Of a stretch of 64,000 bases of DNA, positions 46,530 to 56,589 are shown one piece after another. How positions within the stretch are numbered: position 1 is the first letter of the stretch; each line of letters begins with the position of its first letter. Source of the stretch: Bacteroidota bacterium. GTDB lineage: Bacteria; Bacteroidota; Bacteroidia; Flavobacteriales; Flavobacteriaceae. The notes beneath the pieces are model-generated. The model saw only the letters and a list, made by a program, of their open reading frames with translations. It did not search any database and was not told the origin of the DNA. Where the stretch lies: positions 894 through 64,893 of the forward strand of contig JAJYSY010000006.1 of assembly GCA_021793375.1 (NCBI GenBank), written 5' to 3'. Position numbers and translations under genes: made by a program.

Positions 46530-47078
46530 TTACTCTAAAAGTTCTTTTAGTTTTCTTTCTAAACTTGCACTTCTCAAGTTTCTTGCAACAATTACTCCTT
46601 CTTCATCGATTAAATAATTCATGGGAACAAACCTCACATTATATTTTCTCGCTATGGGATCTTGCCAAAATTTAAGATTTGAAACATGACTCCAAGTTAA
46701 TCCGTCTTTTTCTATAGCTTTTTGCCAAGAATTTTTATTTCTATCTAAAGAAACACCAATAATATTAAAACCTTGATCGTGATATTTTTCATAAACTTTT
46801 ACCAGTTTAGGATTTTCAACTCTACAAGGTCTGCACCAAGCAGCCCAAAACTCTACTAAAGTATATTTTCCTTTTACTTCTTCAAGCGATAACATTTTCC
46901 CTTCCGGAGTTGGCCCTTCAAAATCCGGAGCTTTATCGCCAATATTTAACATTTTTGCTTGTGAAGTTGTTGTTTTTACCTCAACTGAATTATTTTCTTT
47001 TTCAGAAAAATTCATAGAAATTAATCCCAATCCTAAAATCATTGAAAAACCTAAGGAAAAAATAAGTAGTTTTTGCAT
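46530..47078 (-). CDS. TlpA-family thioredoxin-fold protein (short form lacking the DUF4369 domain), paralog 3
   Basis: ATG 47078 (MQKLLIFSLGF...). Active site FWAAWCRPC. Confidence 0.85.
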   Translation of the reverse strand: MQKLLIFSLGFSMILGLGLISMNFSEKENNSVEVKTTTSQAKMLNIGDKAPDFEGPTPEGKMLSLEEVKGKYTLVEFWAAWCRPCRVENPKLVKVYEKYHDQGFNIIGVSLDRNKNSWQKAIEKDGLTWSHVSNLKFWQDPIARKYNVRFVPMNYLIDEEGVIVARNLRSASLERKLKELLE

Positions 47079-47230
47079 TGTTATCAAGCTTTTGTTTTTC
47101 AGAAACAGTTGAACAATTTACAATTATACATCTTTCAGAAATACTTTTCTGTCTCAATAGTTACAATTAAGAATTTTTAAAGATTTCTTTTTTCTGATAG
47201 TTTAAAAAAACATAAAGGTTTTTTTATATC

Positions 47231-47275
47231 AAAAAAGCAGATGATTTCTATGAAAAACATCTGCTTTATTTTTTA
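47231..47275. terminator. Intrinsic terminator downstream of TlpA paralog 4
   Basis: Stem agcagatg (47236-47243) / catctgct (47258-47265), extended by A/T pairs, with an A6 run before and tttatttttt after. Confidence 0.75.
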
Positions 47276-47292
47276 TAAAATAGTAGAAATTA

Positions 47293-48423
47293 TTAATCCA
47301 ATAATTCTTTTATTTTTTGCTTGAGCTCTTCTCCTTTTAATTTTTTGGCGATTACTTTTCCATTTTCATCCAATAAAAAACTATAAGGAATAGAAGTCAC
47401 GCCATAAGCTCTCACAATTTCATCTTGCCAATGATTAAGGTTGGAAACTTGCTCCCAATTCATGCCAAAATCTTTAATTGCATATTTCCATTCTGCTTCA
47501 TCATTATCTATTGAAACTCCAATCATATTTAATCCTTTGTCATGGTATTCTTCATAAACTTCTACAACATTTGGCATTTCTTCATGACAATTCGGACACC
47601 AAGAAGCCCAAAATTCCACTAAAGTATATTTTCCTTTTTTATCTAAAATATCTTGTAGTGAAATTTCTTTTCCTTCCGGATTTTTTGCTGTAAATATAGG
47701 AGCGACATCTCCTACTTCTACGCCTTTTGGCGGAACGATAGCATGTGCTAATTCTTGTCCAATAAAACTGTTTTGAATTTCTTCGCTCAAGCTGTAGTAA
47801 GCTTTTTCTAATTTTTCCGGAGAAATTGCTCTTGAACTTAATAAATCTGCTAAAATATAAGCAGAAGATAAGGCATTAGGATGATTTTCAATAGCTTCTC
47901 TTCTGTAAGTTGTTAAATCTTCTCCTGCTCTTTTTTCTGCTTCTCTTAAAATATTTTGCACTTCAGGGTCTTTAAGCTCTTCAACCGAATATTCATTGGT
48001 CATTTGCTGCACTCTGTTTTCTACTTCATTTGTAAAAGCCATATATTCTACAAATAAAGTATTGGCTTCTCCGGCTTCAATTTCAGGATCATTTACCAAG
48101 AAATTTCCTCCATCTCTCATCACGGTCATTTTCATGGATTCCGCTTCATTGATAAAGTAAATAACCCCGTTGACGCCTTCTATATTAATACTGCTTAAAG
48201 TTTGATAATCTCTTTCCGGAAAGGAAAAAACAAATTCCTTGTTTTTAATGGTTAAAGTATCTAAAGCCACCACTTTATTTCCTTCTCCATACTCAGAAAT
48301 TATAACAGGAGTTCCATCTGAAATGTTTTCTACTTTTGCAGTTAACGTATTTCCGGATTGACTTTTTACATTTTGACAAGAAACAAATAGTAAACCCAGA
48401 ATAAATACAAAAATCTTATTCAT
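47293..48423 (-). CDS. TlpA-family thiol:disulfide oxidoreductase, paralog 4
   Basis: 376 aa. Lipobox LLFVSC and active site FWASWCPNC. Confidence 0.85.
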   Translation of the reverse strand: MNKIFVFILGLLFVSCQNVKSQSGNTLTAKVENISDGTPVIISEYGEGNKVVALDTLTIKNKEFVFSFPERDYQTLSSINIEGVNGVIYFINEAESMKMTVMRDGGNFLVNDPEIEAGEANTLFVEYMAFTNEVENRVQQMTNEYSVEELKDPEVQNILREAEKRAGEDLTTYRREAIENHPNALSSAYILADLLSSRAISPEKLEKAYYSLSEEIQNSFIGQELAHAIVPPKGVEVGDVAPIFTAKNPEGKEISLQDILDKKGKYTLVEFWASWCPNCHEEMPNVVEVYEEYHDKGLNMIGVSIDNDEAEWKYAIKDFGMNWEQVSNLNHWQDEIVRAYGVTSIPYSFLLDENGKVIAKKLKGEELKQKIKELLD

Positions 48424-48443
48424 ATTTTTATTGTTTTATTTCG

Positions 48444-48451
48444 CAAATATA
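48444..48451 (-). promoter_or_regulatory. -7 promoter box for TlpA paralog 4
   Basis: The minus strand reads tatatttg, 21 nt upstream of ATG 48423. Confidence 0.4.
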
Positions 48452-48465
48452 GCAGAATGCTTATG

Positions 48466-48488
48466 AAAAATCAGCAATTACCTGCTGA
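48466..48488 (-). terminator. Short intrinsic terminator downstream of the S41 peptidase gene
   Basis: The minus strand reads tcagca-ggtaat-tgctga followed by ttttt. The stem is only 6 bp. Confidence 0.4.
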
Positions 48489-48509
48489 ATTAAAGTTATT
48501 TAAGAGATT

Positions 48510-50141
48510 TTAAATTCCACTTAATATATTTTGATATTCTTTTGTGTTTTTTAGTATTTCAACTGCTTTTTGTACTTCGGCGTTATGTTTTAAAGTATGC
48601 TGATAATACCCCGTTTCATAAGCATATCTTTTTAAAATCTCATCGGTGAGCTGTTGTTTTATTTGAATTTTATTTTCTTCTATTTCCTGCTCTTGCAGCT
48701 GATTTATTTTTTTCATAAAGGATTCATATTCCGGTGTTATTTTCTTTTTTAAATCCGTTTCTGACATTTTTTCAAAAGCTTTTTCAAAGTCTTTTTCTAT
48801 TGCTGTTTTATACTGAAAATCAATATCTTTTAAGTATTTTTCAAATTGTTTATATTCTTTTTCTGTCAATTGAAAATCTTCAATGTTTTTTAAATTATGA
48901 CTGTAATAATAATCTGTGGCAAAATCAAAAATTACATTTTGTTTTAAAAGTTCTTCTGTAACTCCACTGATTTCTGAGGTTTCTAATTTTATATCCGGAA
49001 TTACCCCTCCGGCGTCATAAACAGTTCTTCCATTTTTGGTTTTAAATGCCTTATAATCTTCTGTTTTAGCCCTCAAAGGATTTCCTTCTTCATCTCTTTC
49101 TCCATAATCCAATGCTTGAATACAACGCCCGCTCGGAGTGAAATACCTGGAAATTGTCAGTTTCATTTGTGTGCCATATTTTAAAGGACGAACTCTTTGC
49201 ACCAAACCTTTTCCAAAACTCTGTGCGCCAATTACCACTCCTCTGTCCAAATCTTGTAAACTTCCTGCCACAATTTCACTGGCTGAAGCAGAATGTGCAT
49301 TGACCAACACCGCCACAGGAATTTCTGTATCCACAGGTTCTTTTTGTGTTACATAAGTTTTGTTGTAATCTTCCACAATAGATTCTGTGGAAACAATCAA
49401 TTGGTTTTTAGGCAAAAAGAGGTTAGAAATATTTACAGCTTCTGTCAACAATCCTCCCGGATTTCCTCTTAAATCCAAGATGATTTTTTCTGCTCCTTGT
49501 GCTTTTAAATCTTTTAAAGCATTTTCTACTTCTTGAGCAGCTGTTCTTCCAAATTCTGTCAAACGGATATACCCGATTTCTTCTTCAAAAAGCTTATAAA
49601 AAGGAACTAATTTTTGCTTTACATTTTCTCTTTTTAAGGTGGTTGTTTTTGTTTCTCCTTGTCTTTTAAACAATAATTCTACTGAAGTTCCGGGTGCTCC
49701 TTTTAATAATTCTCCGGCATCATCATGAAAATCTGCCACCAAAGTTTCTCCTATTTTTATCAATTCATCTCCGGCTTTTAAACCTGCTCGATCTGCTGGT
49801 AAATCTTCAAAAACTTCTTTGATCAAGATTTTATCTTCATGATTTTGAATATCCGCTCCAATTCCGGTGTAATTTCCTGACCTCGACAAACGTGCTTCTT
49901 TGATGTCTTGAGCATTCCAAAAATTGGTGTAGGGATCTAAATGAGCAAACATAGAATTTATGGCTACATCCATCAATTCTCCCGGATTTACCTCATCTAC
50001 ATAATTTAGATTGATTTGTTTATAAGCATCAGTGAATATTTCTATTTGCTTGGCGATTTCAAAAAAATTTGATTTATAAGTTGTACTGGAAGTTGATAAA
50101 ATCACTATCCCCAACAAAGGAAGCCATAATCTTTTTTTCAT
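48510..50141 (-). CDS. S41-family carboxyl-terminal processing peptidase (Ctp)
   Basis: 543 aa. PDZ region (GLKAGDELIKIG), and DLRGNPGGLL and SASASEIVAG catalytic blocks. Confidence 0.9.
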   Translation of the reverse strand: MKKRLWLPLLGIVILSTSSTTYKSNFFEIAKQIEIFTDAYKQINLNYVDEVNPGELMDVAINSMFAHLDPYTNFWNAQDIKEARLSRSGNYTGIGADIQNHEDKILIKEVFEDLPADRAGLKAGDELIKIGETLVADFHDDAGELLKGAPGTSVELLFKRQGETKTTTLKRENVKQKLVPFYKLFEEEIGYIRLTEFGRTAAQEVENALKDLKAQGAEKIILDLRGNPGGLLTEAVNISNLFLPKNQLIVSTESIVEDYNKTYVTQKEPVDTEIPVAVLVNAHSASASEIVAGSLQDLDRGVVIGAQSFGKGLVQRVRPLKYGTQMKLTISRYFTPSGRCIQALDYGERDEEGNPLRAKTEDYKAFKTKNGRTVYDAGGVIPDIKLETSEISGVTEELLKQNVIFDFATDYYYSHNLKNIEDFQLTEKEYKQFEKYLKDIDFQYKTAIEKDFEKAFEKMSETDLKKKITPEYESFMKKINQLQEQEIEENKIQIKQQLTDEILKRYAYETGYYQHTLKHNAEVQKAVEILKNTKEYQNILSGI

Positions 50142-50144
50142 GAT

Positions 50145-50504
50145 TTAATTCTTTTTTGAAAGCTTTATTAATAGTTTTTTTACGGCAGAAAAAATCTCAG
50201 CAAAATTCTTTTTTTCTTTTCCTGCGTAAACCAACATAATATTATATTTTTTTTCTGTGTTTTGGATTAAATATTTATTTAACCTATAACTCTCTCTTAA
50301 CTGGCGTTTTAGCTTATTTCGATTTACCGCTTTTTTAAAATTCTTTTTGGGAACAGAAACCCCTACTTTATGTTTTTCTAAAGAAGAAACCGGATAATAA
50401 ACTAAGCTTATAGGATATTCTTTTAAATATTTTCCTTTGCTAAACAATTCTCTTATTGAAGTGGTTTTTTTTAGCTTTTCTTCTTTTCCAAAACTTTGAT
50501 CCAT
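50145..50504 (-). CDS. rnpA: Ribonuclease P protein component
   Basis: 119 aa, basic. Contains the RNR-like motif KKAVNRNKLKRQLRESYR. Confidence 0.85.
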   Translation of the reverse strand: MDQSFGKEEKLKKTTSIRELFSKGKYLKEYPISLVYYPVSSLEKHKVGVSVPKKNFKKAVNRNKLKRQLRESYRLNKYLIQNTEKKYNIMLVYAGKEKKNFAEIFSAVKKLLIKLSKKN

Positions 50505-50565
50505 ATAATTGAGTTAATCAATTCAGCAAAATACAAATTTTTAGGTTTTTAAAACTGTTAAAGAA

Positions 50566-51849
50566 TTAATTATGCTCAACAGGTTTGATTTTATCTTGAA
50601 TGGATTCTATCACATCTTGAATAGATTTATCCGGATGAATAATATTATTTCTTCCCCAAAAATCTGAATCGCCAAACCCTGAAATATCATCTGACATAAT
50701 CCAATTGGGTTTTATTTCTGTTAATTCTTCTTTGGCAAAAAAAGGATTTTCTGCCCTATCGGTAATCGCCAATTCTGTGTTTATACTATACCGAGCATTA
50801 AAAAGTTTTCCTTTCCAATTGACGCGAACTTTTATCAAAAAACTTCCATAATTAAAAAACCATTTTCCGTTTTTCTCTACATATTCCGCTTGATAATGAG
50901 TTTCTAAAGGAGTGACTTTTATTCTTCTGGGTTTTTGAACAACCAACATTTCTGCTGCAGCTTTTCTGTCTTCTATATTTAAACTATAATCAGCTTTTAC
51001 CAAAGATTTTGTTTTGGCATCTATATATAATTTTCCGTAATACCAAGGTAAATTTTTATCGATTTGCTCAAAATAAATCACATAAATATAACGCCCTTCT
51101 AAAGTTGTAGAGTTTTCAAACTCAAATTCAAAAGCATCTAATTCCGATTGGTAAAACAGCATTTCAGGATAAGCTGTTAAGTCTAAAAACATTCCGGTGT
51201 AAGGTCCGCCTCTCAATTTTACTGCTAATGTATCCAGCTTATTATAATCGGTTTGTTTTCTACTTTTATAAACTGCTATTTTTCCTTTTTTGCCTTGTAT
51301 TCTTTTGTTTTTATCAATGTGAACAACTGCTTCGCCCAACATTACATTTCTTCTTCCTCTGTCGATTTGTTCTCTGTAAAAACCGATTAAATTTCCTTGT
51401 TCAACAGCTTTATTTTTAAAAGTTTCTTTTACTATTGCTTTAGGATTTGAAGCTTCATAAATTTCGACTTCTTCAAGTTTTTCAGATTTTTCATCAGAAG
51501 AATTTAAGGTGATTTCAGTGAAACCTTCTTCAAAAAAAGGAAGTTGAACTTTTTTGGTTTCATATTTTACTTTTGAAAAACGAATTACTGCAGAATTATT
51601 TTCTTTTGGAATTTTTAAAGAAAAAACACCATCTGTATTGGTTAATCCTGAAATATTAGTGTTTTCAACAGAAAGATGTACTTCTGAAATCGGCTGATGA
51701 TTTTGATTAAAAACTTGTCCTTTTACTTCTATATATTTCTGATTTTGAGCTTGAGCAAAAGACAAAGAAATTCCCATCAAAAAGAAAACAACAATTAGAA
51801 AGTAATTTTCTAAATTGTTTTTATCCAAAAAAATAGCAGGAGTTTTCAT
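50566..51849 (-). CDS. Carboxypeptidase-regulatory-like (CarboxypepD_reg) domain protein
   Basis: 427 aa. Signal/anchor segment, followed by VKGQVFNQNHQPISEVHLSVENTNISGLTNTDGVFSL (prealbumin-like fold). Confidence 0.6.
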   Translation of the reverse strand: MKTPAIFLDKNNLENYFLIVVFFLMGISLSFAQAQNQKYIEVKGQVFNQNHQPISEVHLSVENTNISGLTNTDGVFSLKIPKENNSAVIRFSKVKYETKKVQLPFFEEGFTEITLNSSDEKSEKLEEVEIYEASNPKAIVKETFKNKAVEQGNLIGFYREQIDRGRRNVMLGEAVVHIDKNKRIQGKKGKIAVYKSRKQTDYNKLDTLAVKLRGGPYTGMFLDLTAYPEMLFYQSELDAFEFEFENSTTLEGRYIYVIYFEQIDKNLPWYYGKLYIDAKTKSLVKADYSLNIEDRKAAAEMLVVQKPRRIKVTPLETHYQAEYVEKNGKWFFNYGSFLIKVRVNWKGKLFNARYSINTELAITDRAENPFFAKEELTEIKPNWIMSDDISGFGDSDFWGRNNIIHPDKSIQDVIESIQDKIKPVEHN

Positions 51850-51906
51850 CGCAATGGGATTTACCTCCTAAAGTTAAACATTTTCTGTATGCTGAGCAAT
51901 TGATTT

Positions 51907-52836
51907 TTATAAAATCATATCTCGATATTTCACAATGGTGGTATATCCTTTATCTTCAAAATACTTTCTTTCTTCAGATCCTCCTGTTGCCAAAATAAAA
52001 TCTCCTCCCCAAGCTCCCAAACTTTTGATGATTCTGGGGTAATCTATAAACAAAGCATTTTGCATGCTGTGTAATTCCAACACATCAGAAATTAATCTTT
52101 CATGTTCTTCAATCAGTTTTTCAAAAGTAAAAAGATCTTTGGCTTTCAAGATTTCTTCTGTGATTTCTGAAGTTTTTTTAATCCATTTTTCTTTATTTCC
52201 TTGATTTAGTTTTTTATATCTGGAAACAGATTCTCTGGTGTTTTGTTTTCTTCCTAAGTGAACAAAAAATAAGAAGTTTTTATAATCCGGATTAAAATCA
52301 ACTTTTTCTATCAAAGGTTTTTCAGCTGATTTTCTTTGGTATAAAATCGGAGAAGAATTTTGCGCGCAAGCAATATCATAAGCACTTCCTCCAAAAGTTT
52401 TATCAGATAATTCAAAAGCGTCAACTTTTGCCCACGCAGCTAAGTTATTTAATAAAGTAGAAGAAGATCCCAATCCCCAGATTTGCGGAAATTCTAATCT
52501 GCTTTTAAAAATATATCCTTTTTTCTGAAATAATTCCGGATTCATTTTTAAAAGTTCGTTGAAAATTTGTACTAATCGCTGAGCTGTTTTTTCTTCTTGA
52601 AATTCTGATTGATAAGGCAAATTTTTTATTTCATCTTCTTCAATTGTAAAAATAGCTTCAAACCAAAGTTTTCCTTCATCGGTATAACTTTCCCAAATAA
52701 TTTCGGGTTCATCCATTGTTTCTACAGCTAAATTTTGCCCATACTGACAAGGTAAAGCCAATGCTTTTGCGCCATCAATTACTAAATATTCTGAGGTGAG
52801 TAAAAGTTTTCCGTTGCTATGAAAATGCTGTTGCAT
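51907..52836 (-). CDS. GHMP-family kinase (GYDIA-type, mevalonate-pathway associated)
   Basis: 309 aa. GHMP motif II WGLGSSSTL, plus GGSAYDIACAQ. It lies 2 nt downstream of the HMG-CoA reductase gene. Confidence 0.7.
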   Translation of the reverse strand: MQQHFHSNGKLLLTSEYLVIDGAKALALPCQYGQNLAVETMDEPEIIWESYTDEGKLWFEAIFTIEEDEIKNLPYQSEFQEEKTAQRLVQIFNELLKMNPELFQKKGYIFKSRLEFPQIWGLGSSSTLLNNLAAWAKVDAFELSDKTFGGSAYDIACAQNSSPILYQRKSAEKPLIEKVDFNPDYKNFLFFVHLGRKQNTRESVSRYKKLNQGNKEKWIKKTSEITEEILKAKDLFTFEKLIEEHERLISDVLELHSMQNALFIDYPRIIKSLGAWGGDFILATGGSEERKYFEDKGYTTIVKYRDMIL

Positions 52837-52838
52837 AT

Positions 52839-54143
52839 TTATTTTCTTAATTTTTCTAATTCTCTTAAAACTGCACTATGCGAAACCACGTTAGTTTTAA
52901 AATGTTCTACAATTTTTTCTCTTTCAACAGCTGTGGCTTCATATTGATTTAAAATATTCATCAAATGCATTTTCATATGTCCCTCTTGAATTCCGGTGGT
53001 TACCAAAGAGCGAATTGCTCCGAAATTTTGTGCTAATCCTGCCACAGCGGTGATTTTCATCAATTCTTTTGCAGATGGATTTTTCAACATTTCCAAAGCT
53101 AATTTCACCATAGGATGTAAACTTGTTAATCCTCCTACTGTTCCTAAAGCCAAAGGAATTTCTATCCAAAATTTAAAAATTCCATCTTTGATTTCTGCGG
53201 AAGTCAAACTGGAGTAATTTCCATCTTTTGCAGCATAAGCGTGCGCACAAGCTTCTATTGCTCTAAAATCATTTCCCGTAGCCAAAACCACTGCATCAAT
53301 TCCATTCATAATTCCTTTGTTGTGTGTTACTGCACGCAAAGGTTCTACTTTGGCAATTTGTATGGCCTCTACAAATCTTTCTGCAAATTCTTGTGCTTCA
53401 ACAGGATTTTTCATCAAGTTTTCAATAGATGTAGAAACCTCAGCTCTCACCAAACATTCTTCTACATAATTTGATAAAATAGACATCACTATTTTTATCG
53501 GATTATTTTTAAAATAAGAATTTTGATCTGCGAGATTTTCAAAGGTTTTTGCTATTTGTTCTAAACAAGAATTGATGAAATTTGCTCCCATTGCATCAAC
53601 TGTTTCAAAACTACAATCCAGTTGATAATAGTTTTTAAGCTTTTCAGTTTTATTCTGCAATTTGACTGCTAATAATCCTCCTCCTCTTTTTTCCATGTTT
53701 TGCGTTAGCTCCTTGGTAGAAGAAATCAGATTTTCTTTGTTTTCTTCAAAAAAAGCAGTCAGTTTTTCCGGATCTCCAGCATACATAAAATGTACTTGTC
53801 CGCTTTTGATGGTGTTGATGACTTCAGCTTTAAATCCACCTTTATTTTGCCAAAATTTCGCGGCTTTACTTGCTGCAGCAACCACAGAACTTTCTTCAAT
53901 CGCCATGGGAATCACATAGGCTTTTCCGTTGATTTTAAAATTTGGGGCAATTCCAAAAGGTAAATAATAATTAGAAAGTGTATTCTCGCTAAATTCATCG
54001 TGTAATTGTTGAAGTTTTTTATCACGATTCCAATATAATTCTAATAATTCTTTTGCTTTTTGGGCGTTTTGAAAATAATTTTTTGTCAACCATGCTATTT
54101 TCTCTTCTTTTGAAAGCTTTGAAAATCCTGAAATATATTCCAT
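52839..54143 (-). CDS. Hydroxymethylglutaryl-CoA reductase, class II
   Basis: ATG 54143 (MEYISGFSKL...) is preferred because the tracked TTG 54173 lies inside the predicted -7 box. Class II blocks MAIEESSVVAAAS, DAMGANFIN, ATGNDFRA and GTVGG. Confidence 0.92.
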   Translation of the reverse strand: MEYISGFSKLSKEEKIAWLTKNYFQNAQKAKELLELYWNRDKKLQQLHDEFSENTLSNYYLPFGIAPNFKINGKAYVIPMAIEESSVVAAASKAAKFWQNKGGFKAEVINTIKSGQVHFMYAGDPEKLTAFFEENKENLISSTKELTQNMEKRGGGLLAVKLQNKTEKLKNYYQLDCSFETVDAMGANFINSCLEQIAKTFENLADQNSYFKNNPIKIVMSILSNYVEECLVRAEVSTSIENLMKNPVEAQEFAERFVEAIQIAKVEPLRAVTHNKGIMNGIDAVVLATGNDFRAIEACAHAYAAKDGNYSSLTSAEIKDGIFKFWIEIPLALGTVGGLTSLHPMVKLALEMLKNPSAKELMKITAVAGLAQNFGAIRSLVTTGIQEGHMKMHLMNILNQYEATAVEREKIVEHFKTNVVSHSAVLRELEKLRK

Positions 54144-54170
54144 ATAAAACTGATGAAATTTGTAAAACTG

Positions 54171-54178
54171 CAAAGTTA
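54171..54178 (-). promoter_or_regulatory. -7 promoter box for the HMG-CoA reductase operon
   Basis: The minus strand reads taactttg (TAnnTTTG), 28 nt upstream of ATG 54143. Confidence 0.4.
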
Positions 54179-54383
54179 CTATTTTTAATCAAGCTTATCT
54201 TTATGTAAAAAATTTAAGCTGATTTTTTTATATAAAGCTTTATTCTTATTTCTCTGTCAAAGAGATCTTTCTTTGCATTAATTTTTCCTTCCTTACTATG
54301 TAGTTGTTTTTTTAACGATAAAAAACTATACTTTTTGCGGTATTTTTAGTAAAATTGACGAATTGAATTTTATAAATATTTTT

Positions 54384-56567
54384 ATGAGGGTCTTTTCTTT
54401 CTGTTTAACGCTTTTTTTATTGACTACCGGAGTGGTTAATGCTCAGAAAAAAAGCATTGAATTATCTGATATTTGGCATAAAAATACTTTTGGCCAAGAA
54501 TATTTGGAAGCTTTGCGCTCTTTAAACAACGGAGAAGAGTATGCTGTGATGAATTTTGATAAGAATTCAAAAAATATCAGCGTAGATGCTTTTAGTTATA
54601 AAACCGGAGAGAAAACAAAAACACTGATAAATTCTAATGAAATTTCAGGATTGGATTATTTTCAATCTTATGAATTTAATGCAGAAGAATCTGCAGTTAT
54701 TTTAGGCAAAGACATTGAATCTATTTATCGACATTCGCGAAAAGGAATTTATTTTGTTTATGATTTAAAAACAAAATCCTTAACGCAAATCAGCGAACAT
54801 AAAATCTCTGAACCTACTTTTTCTCCGGATGGAAAAAAAATAGCTTTTGCTTATCAAAACAATCTTTTTGTAAAAGATTTATCTGCAGATAAAACTTTAC
54901 AACTCACAAAAGATGGAGAAAGAAATAAAATTATCAACGGAACAACAGATTGGGTTTATGAAGAAGAGTTTGCTTTTACCAGGGCTTTTGAATGGAGTCC
55001 GGATAGCAAAAAAATAGGTTTTTTAAAATTTGATGAATCCGAAGTTCCGGAAATGAGTATGGATTATTATGGAAATTCTCCTCACGAACAACTGTACCCG
55101 GAAGCTTATAATTTTAAATATCCAAAAGCAGGAGACCCCAATTCAAAAATCAGCTTGCATATTTATGATTTAAACTCAGAAAATTCTGCTGCTGTTGAAT
55201 TTGAAAAAAAATATGAGTATTTACCAAGAATAAAATGGACAAAAGATAAAGACATCTTAAGTGTTCAAGCGATGAATCGCCATCAAAATGATTTGGATTT
55301 AATTTTTGTAAATGCAAAAGACAATTCTACACAAATCATTCTTAATGAAAAAGATAAAAACTATATCGATATCACAGATGATTTGATGTTTTTAGCTGAT
55401 AACAGCTTTTTTTGGACCAGCGAAAAAGATAATTGGAATCATATTTATCATTATGATAAAACCGGAAAATTGTTAAATCAAATCACTAAAGGAGATTGGG
55501 AAGTAACTCAGTTTTATGGATTTGATGAGCAAAAAAAACAACTCTATTATCAAAGCACAGAAGAAGGAAGCATCAACAGAGGAATTTACAGCATTAAGAT
55601 AAACGGAAAAAAGAAAAATAAACTTTCTCAACACACAGGAACAAATCAGGCTGATTTCAGTAAAGGTTTTAAGTATTTCATCAATATTTATAACAATGTG
55701 GACAGGCCGAATTTATATACTGTTCACGCTACTGCAAACAACAAAGAAATCCGTGTTATTGAAGACAATCAAGCTTTGATTGATAAACTTCAAAACTATA
55801 ATCTTTCAGAAAAAGAAATCTCTACTATTTCCATCAACGGAAATGATTTGAATATGTGGATGATAAAACCCACAGATTTTGATCCTGAAAAAAAATATCC
55901 ATTGTTTTTGTATCAATATTCCGGTCCGGGTTCTCAACAAGTTTCCAATTCTTTTCATTCTGCAAATGATTTTTGGTATCAAATGTTAGCAGATCAAGGT
56001 TATATTATAGCTTGTGTTGATGGAAGAGGAACAGGTTTTAAAGGAGCAGATTTCAAAAAAACAACACAGCTGGAATTAGGAAAATATGAAGTTGAAGATC
56101 AAATTGCTGTAGCAGAAAAATTAGGAAAAGAGAATTATATCGACGCAGATAGAATCGGGATTTGGGGATGGAGCTATGGCGGATTTATGTCTTCTAATGC
56201 TTTATTGCAAGCTCCTGATGTTTTTGAAATGGCTATTGCTGTTGCTCCGGTAACCAGTTGGAGGTTTTACGACACCGTTTATACTGAACGATTTATGAAA
56301 ACTCCTCAAGAAAATCCTGATGGATATGATAATAATTCGCCAATTACGCATGTCAATAACTTAAAAGGAAAATTACTTTTAGTTCACGGCAGTGGAGATG
56401 ATAATGTTCATGTGCAAAATACTATGCAAATGGTGGAAGCACTTATTCAAGCCAACAAACAATTCGATTGGTTGATTTATCCTGATAATGACCACGGAAT
56501 ATATGGTGGAAACACGCGTTATCATCTTTATCAAAAAATGACAGATTTTATTTTAGAAAATTTATAA
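54384..56567 (+). CDS. Dipeptidyl-peptidase IV (S9B family prolyl dipeptidyl peptidase)
   Basis: ATG 54384 gives the signal peptide MRVFSFCLTLFLLTTGVVNAQ. DPPIV N-terminal propeller (DWVYEEEF), the catalytic Ser in GWSYGG, GSGDDNVH (Asp) and DNDHGI (His). Confidence 0.92.
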   Translation: MRVFSFCLTLFLLTTGVVNAQKKSIELSDIWHKNTFGQEYLEALRSLNNGEEYAVMNFDKNSKNISVDAFSYKTGEKTKTLINSNEISGLDYFQSYEFNAEESAVILGKDIESIYRHSRKGIYFVYDLKTKSLTQISEHKISEPTFSPDGKKIAFAYQNNLFVKDLSADKTLQLTKDGERNKIINGTTDWVYEEEFAFTRAFEWSPDSKKIGFLKFDESEVPEMSMDYYGNSPHEQLYPEAYNFKYPKAGDPNSKISLHIYDLNSENSAAVEFEKKYEYLPRIKWTKDKDILSVQAMNRHQNDLDLIFVNAKDNSTQIILNEKDKNYIDITDDLMFLADNSFFWTSEKDNWNHIYHYDKTGKLLNQITKGDWEVTQFYGFDEQKKQLYYQSTEEGSINRGIYSIKINGKKKNKLSQHTGTNQADFSKGFKYFINIYNNVDRPNLYTVHATANNKEIRVIEDNQALIDKLQNYNLSEKEISTISINGNDLNMWMIKPTDFDPEKKYPLFLYQYSGPGSQQVSNSFHSANDFWYQMLADQGYIIACVDGRGTGFKGADFKKTTQLELGKYEVEDQIAVAEKLGKENYIDADRIGIWGWSYGGFMSSNALLQAPDVFEMAIAVAPVTSWRFYDTVYTERFMKTPQENPDGYDNNSPITHVNNLKGKLLLVHGSGDDNVHVQNTMQMVEALIQANKQFDWLIYPDNDHGIYGGNTRYHLYQKMTDFILENL

Positions 56568-56589
56568 ACCAACAAAAATTTAAAATTCA

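Noticed and set aside
44181..48423. The TlpA array as an assembly duplication artefact
   Set aside because: The four copies differ in length, CxxC dipeptide and most of their sequence. Each has its own flanking signals, so they are genuine paralogs.
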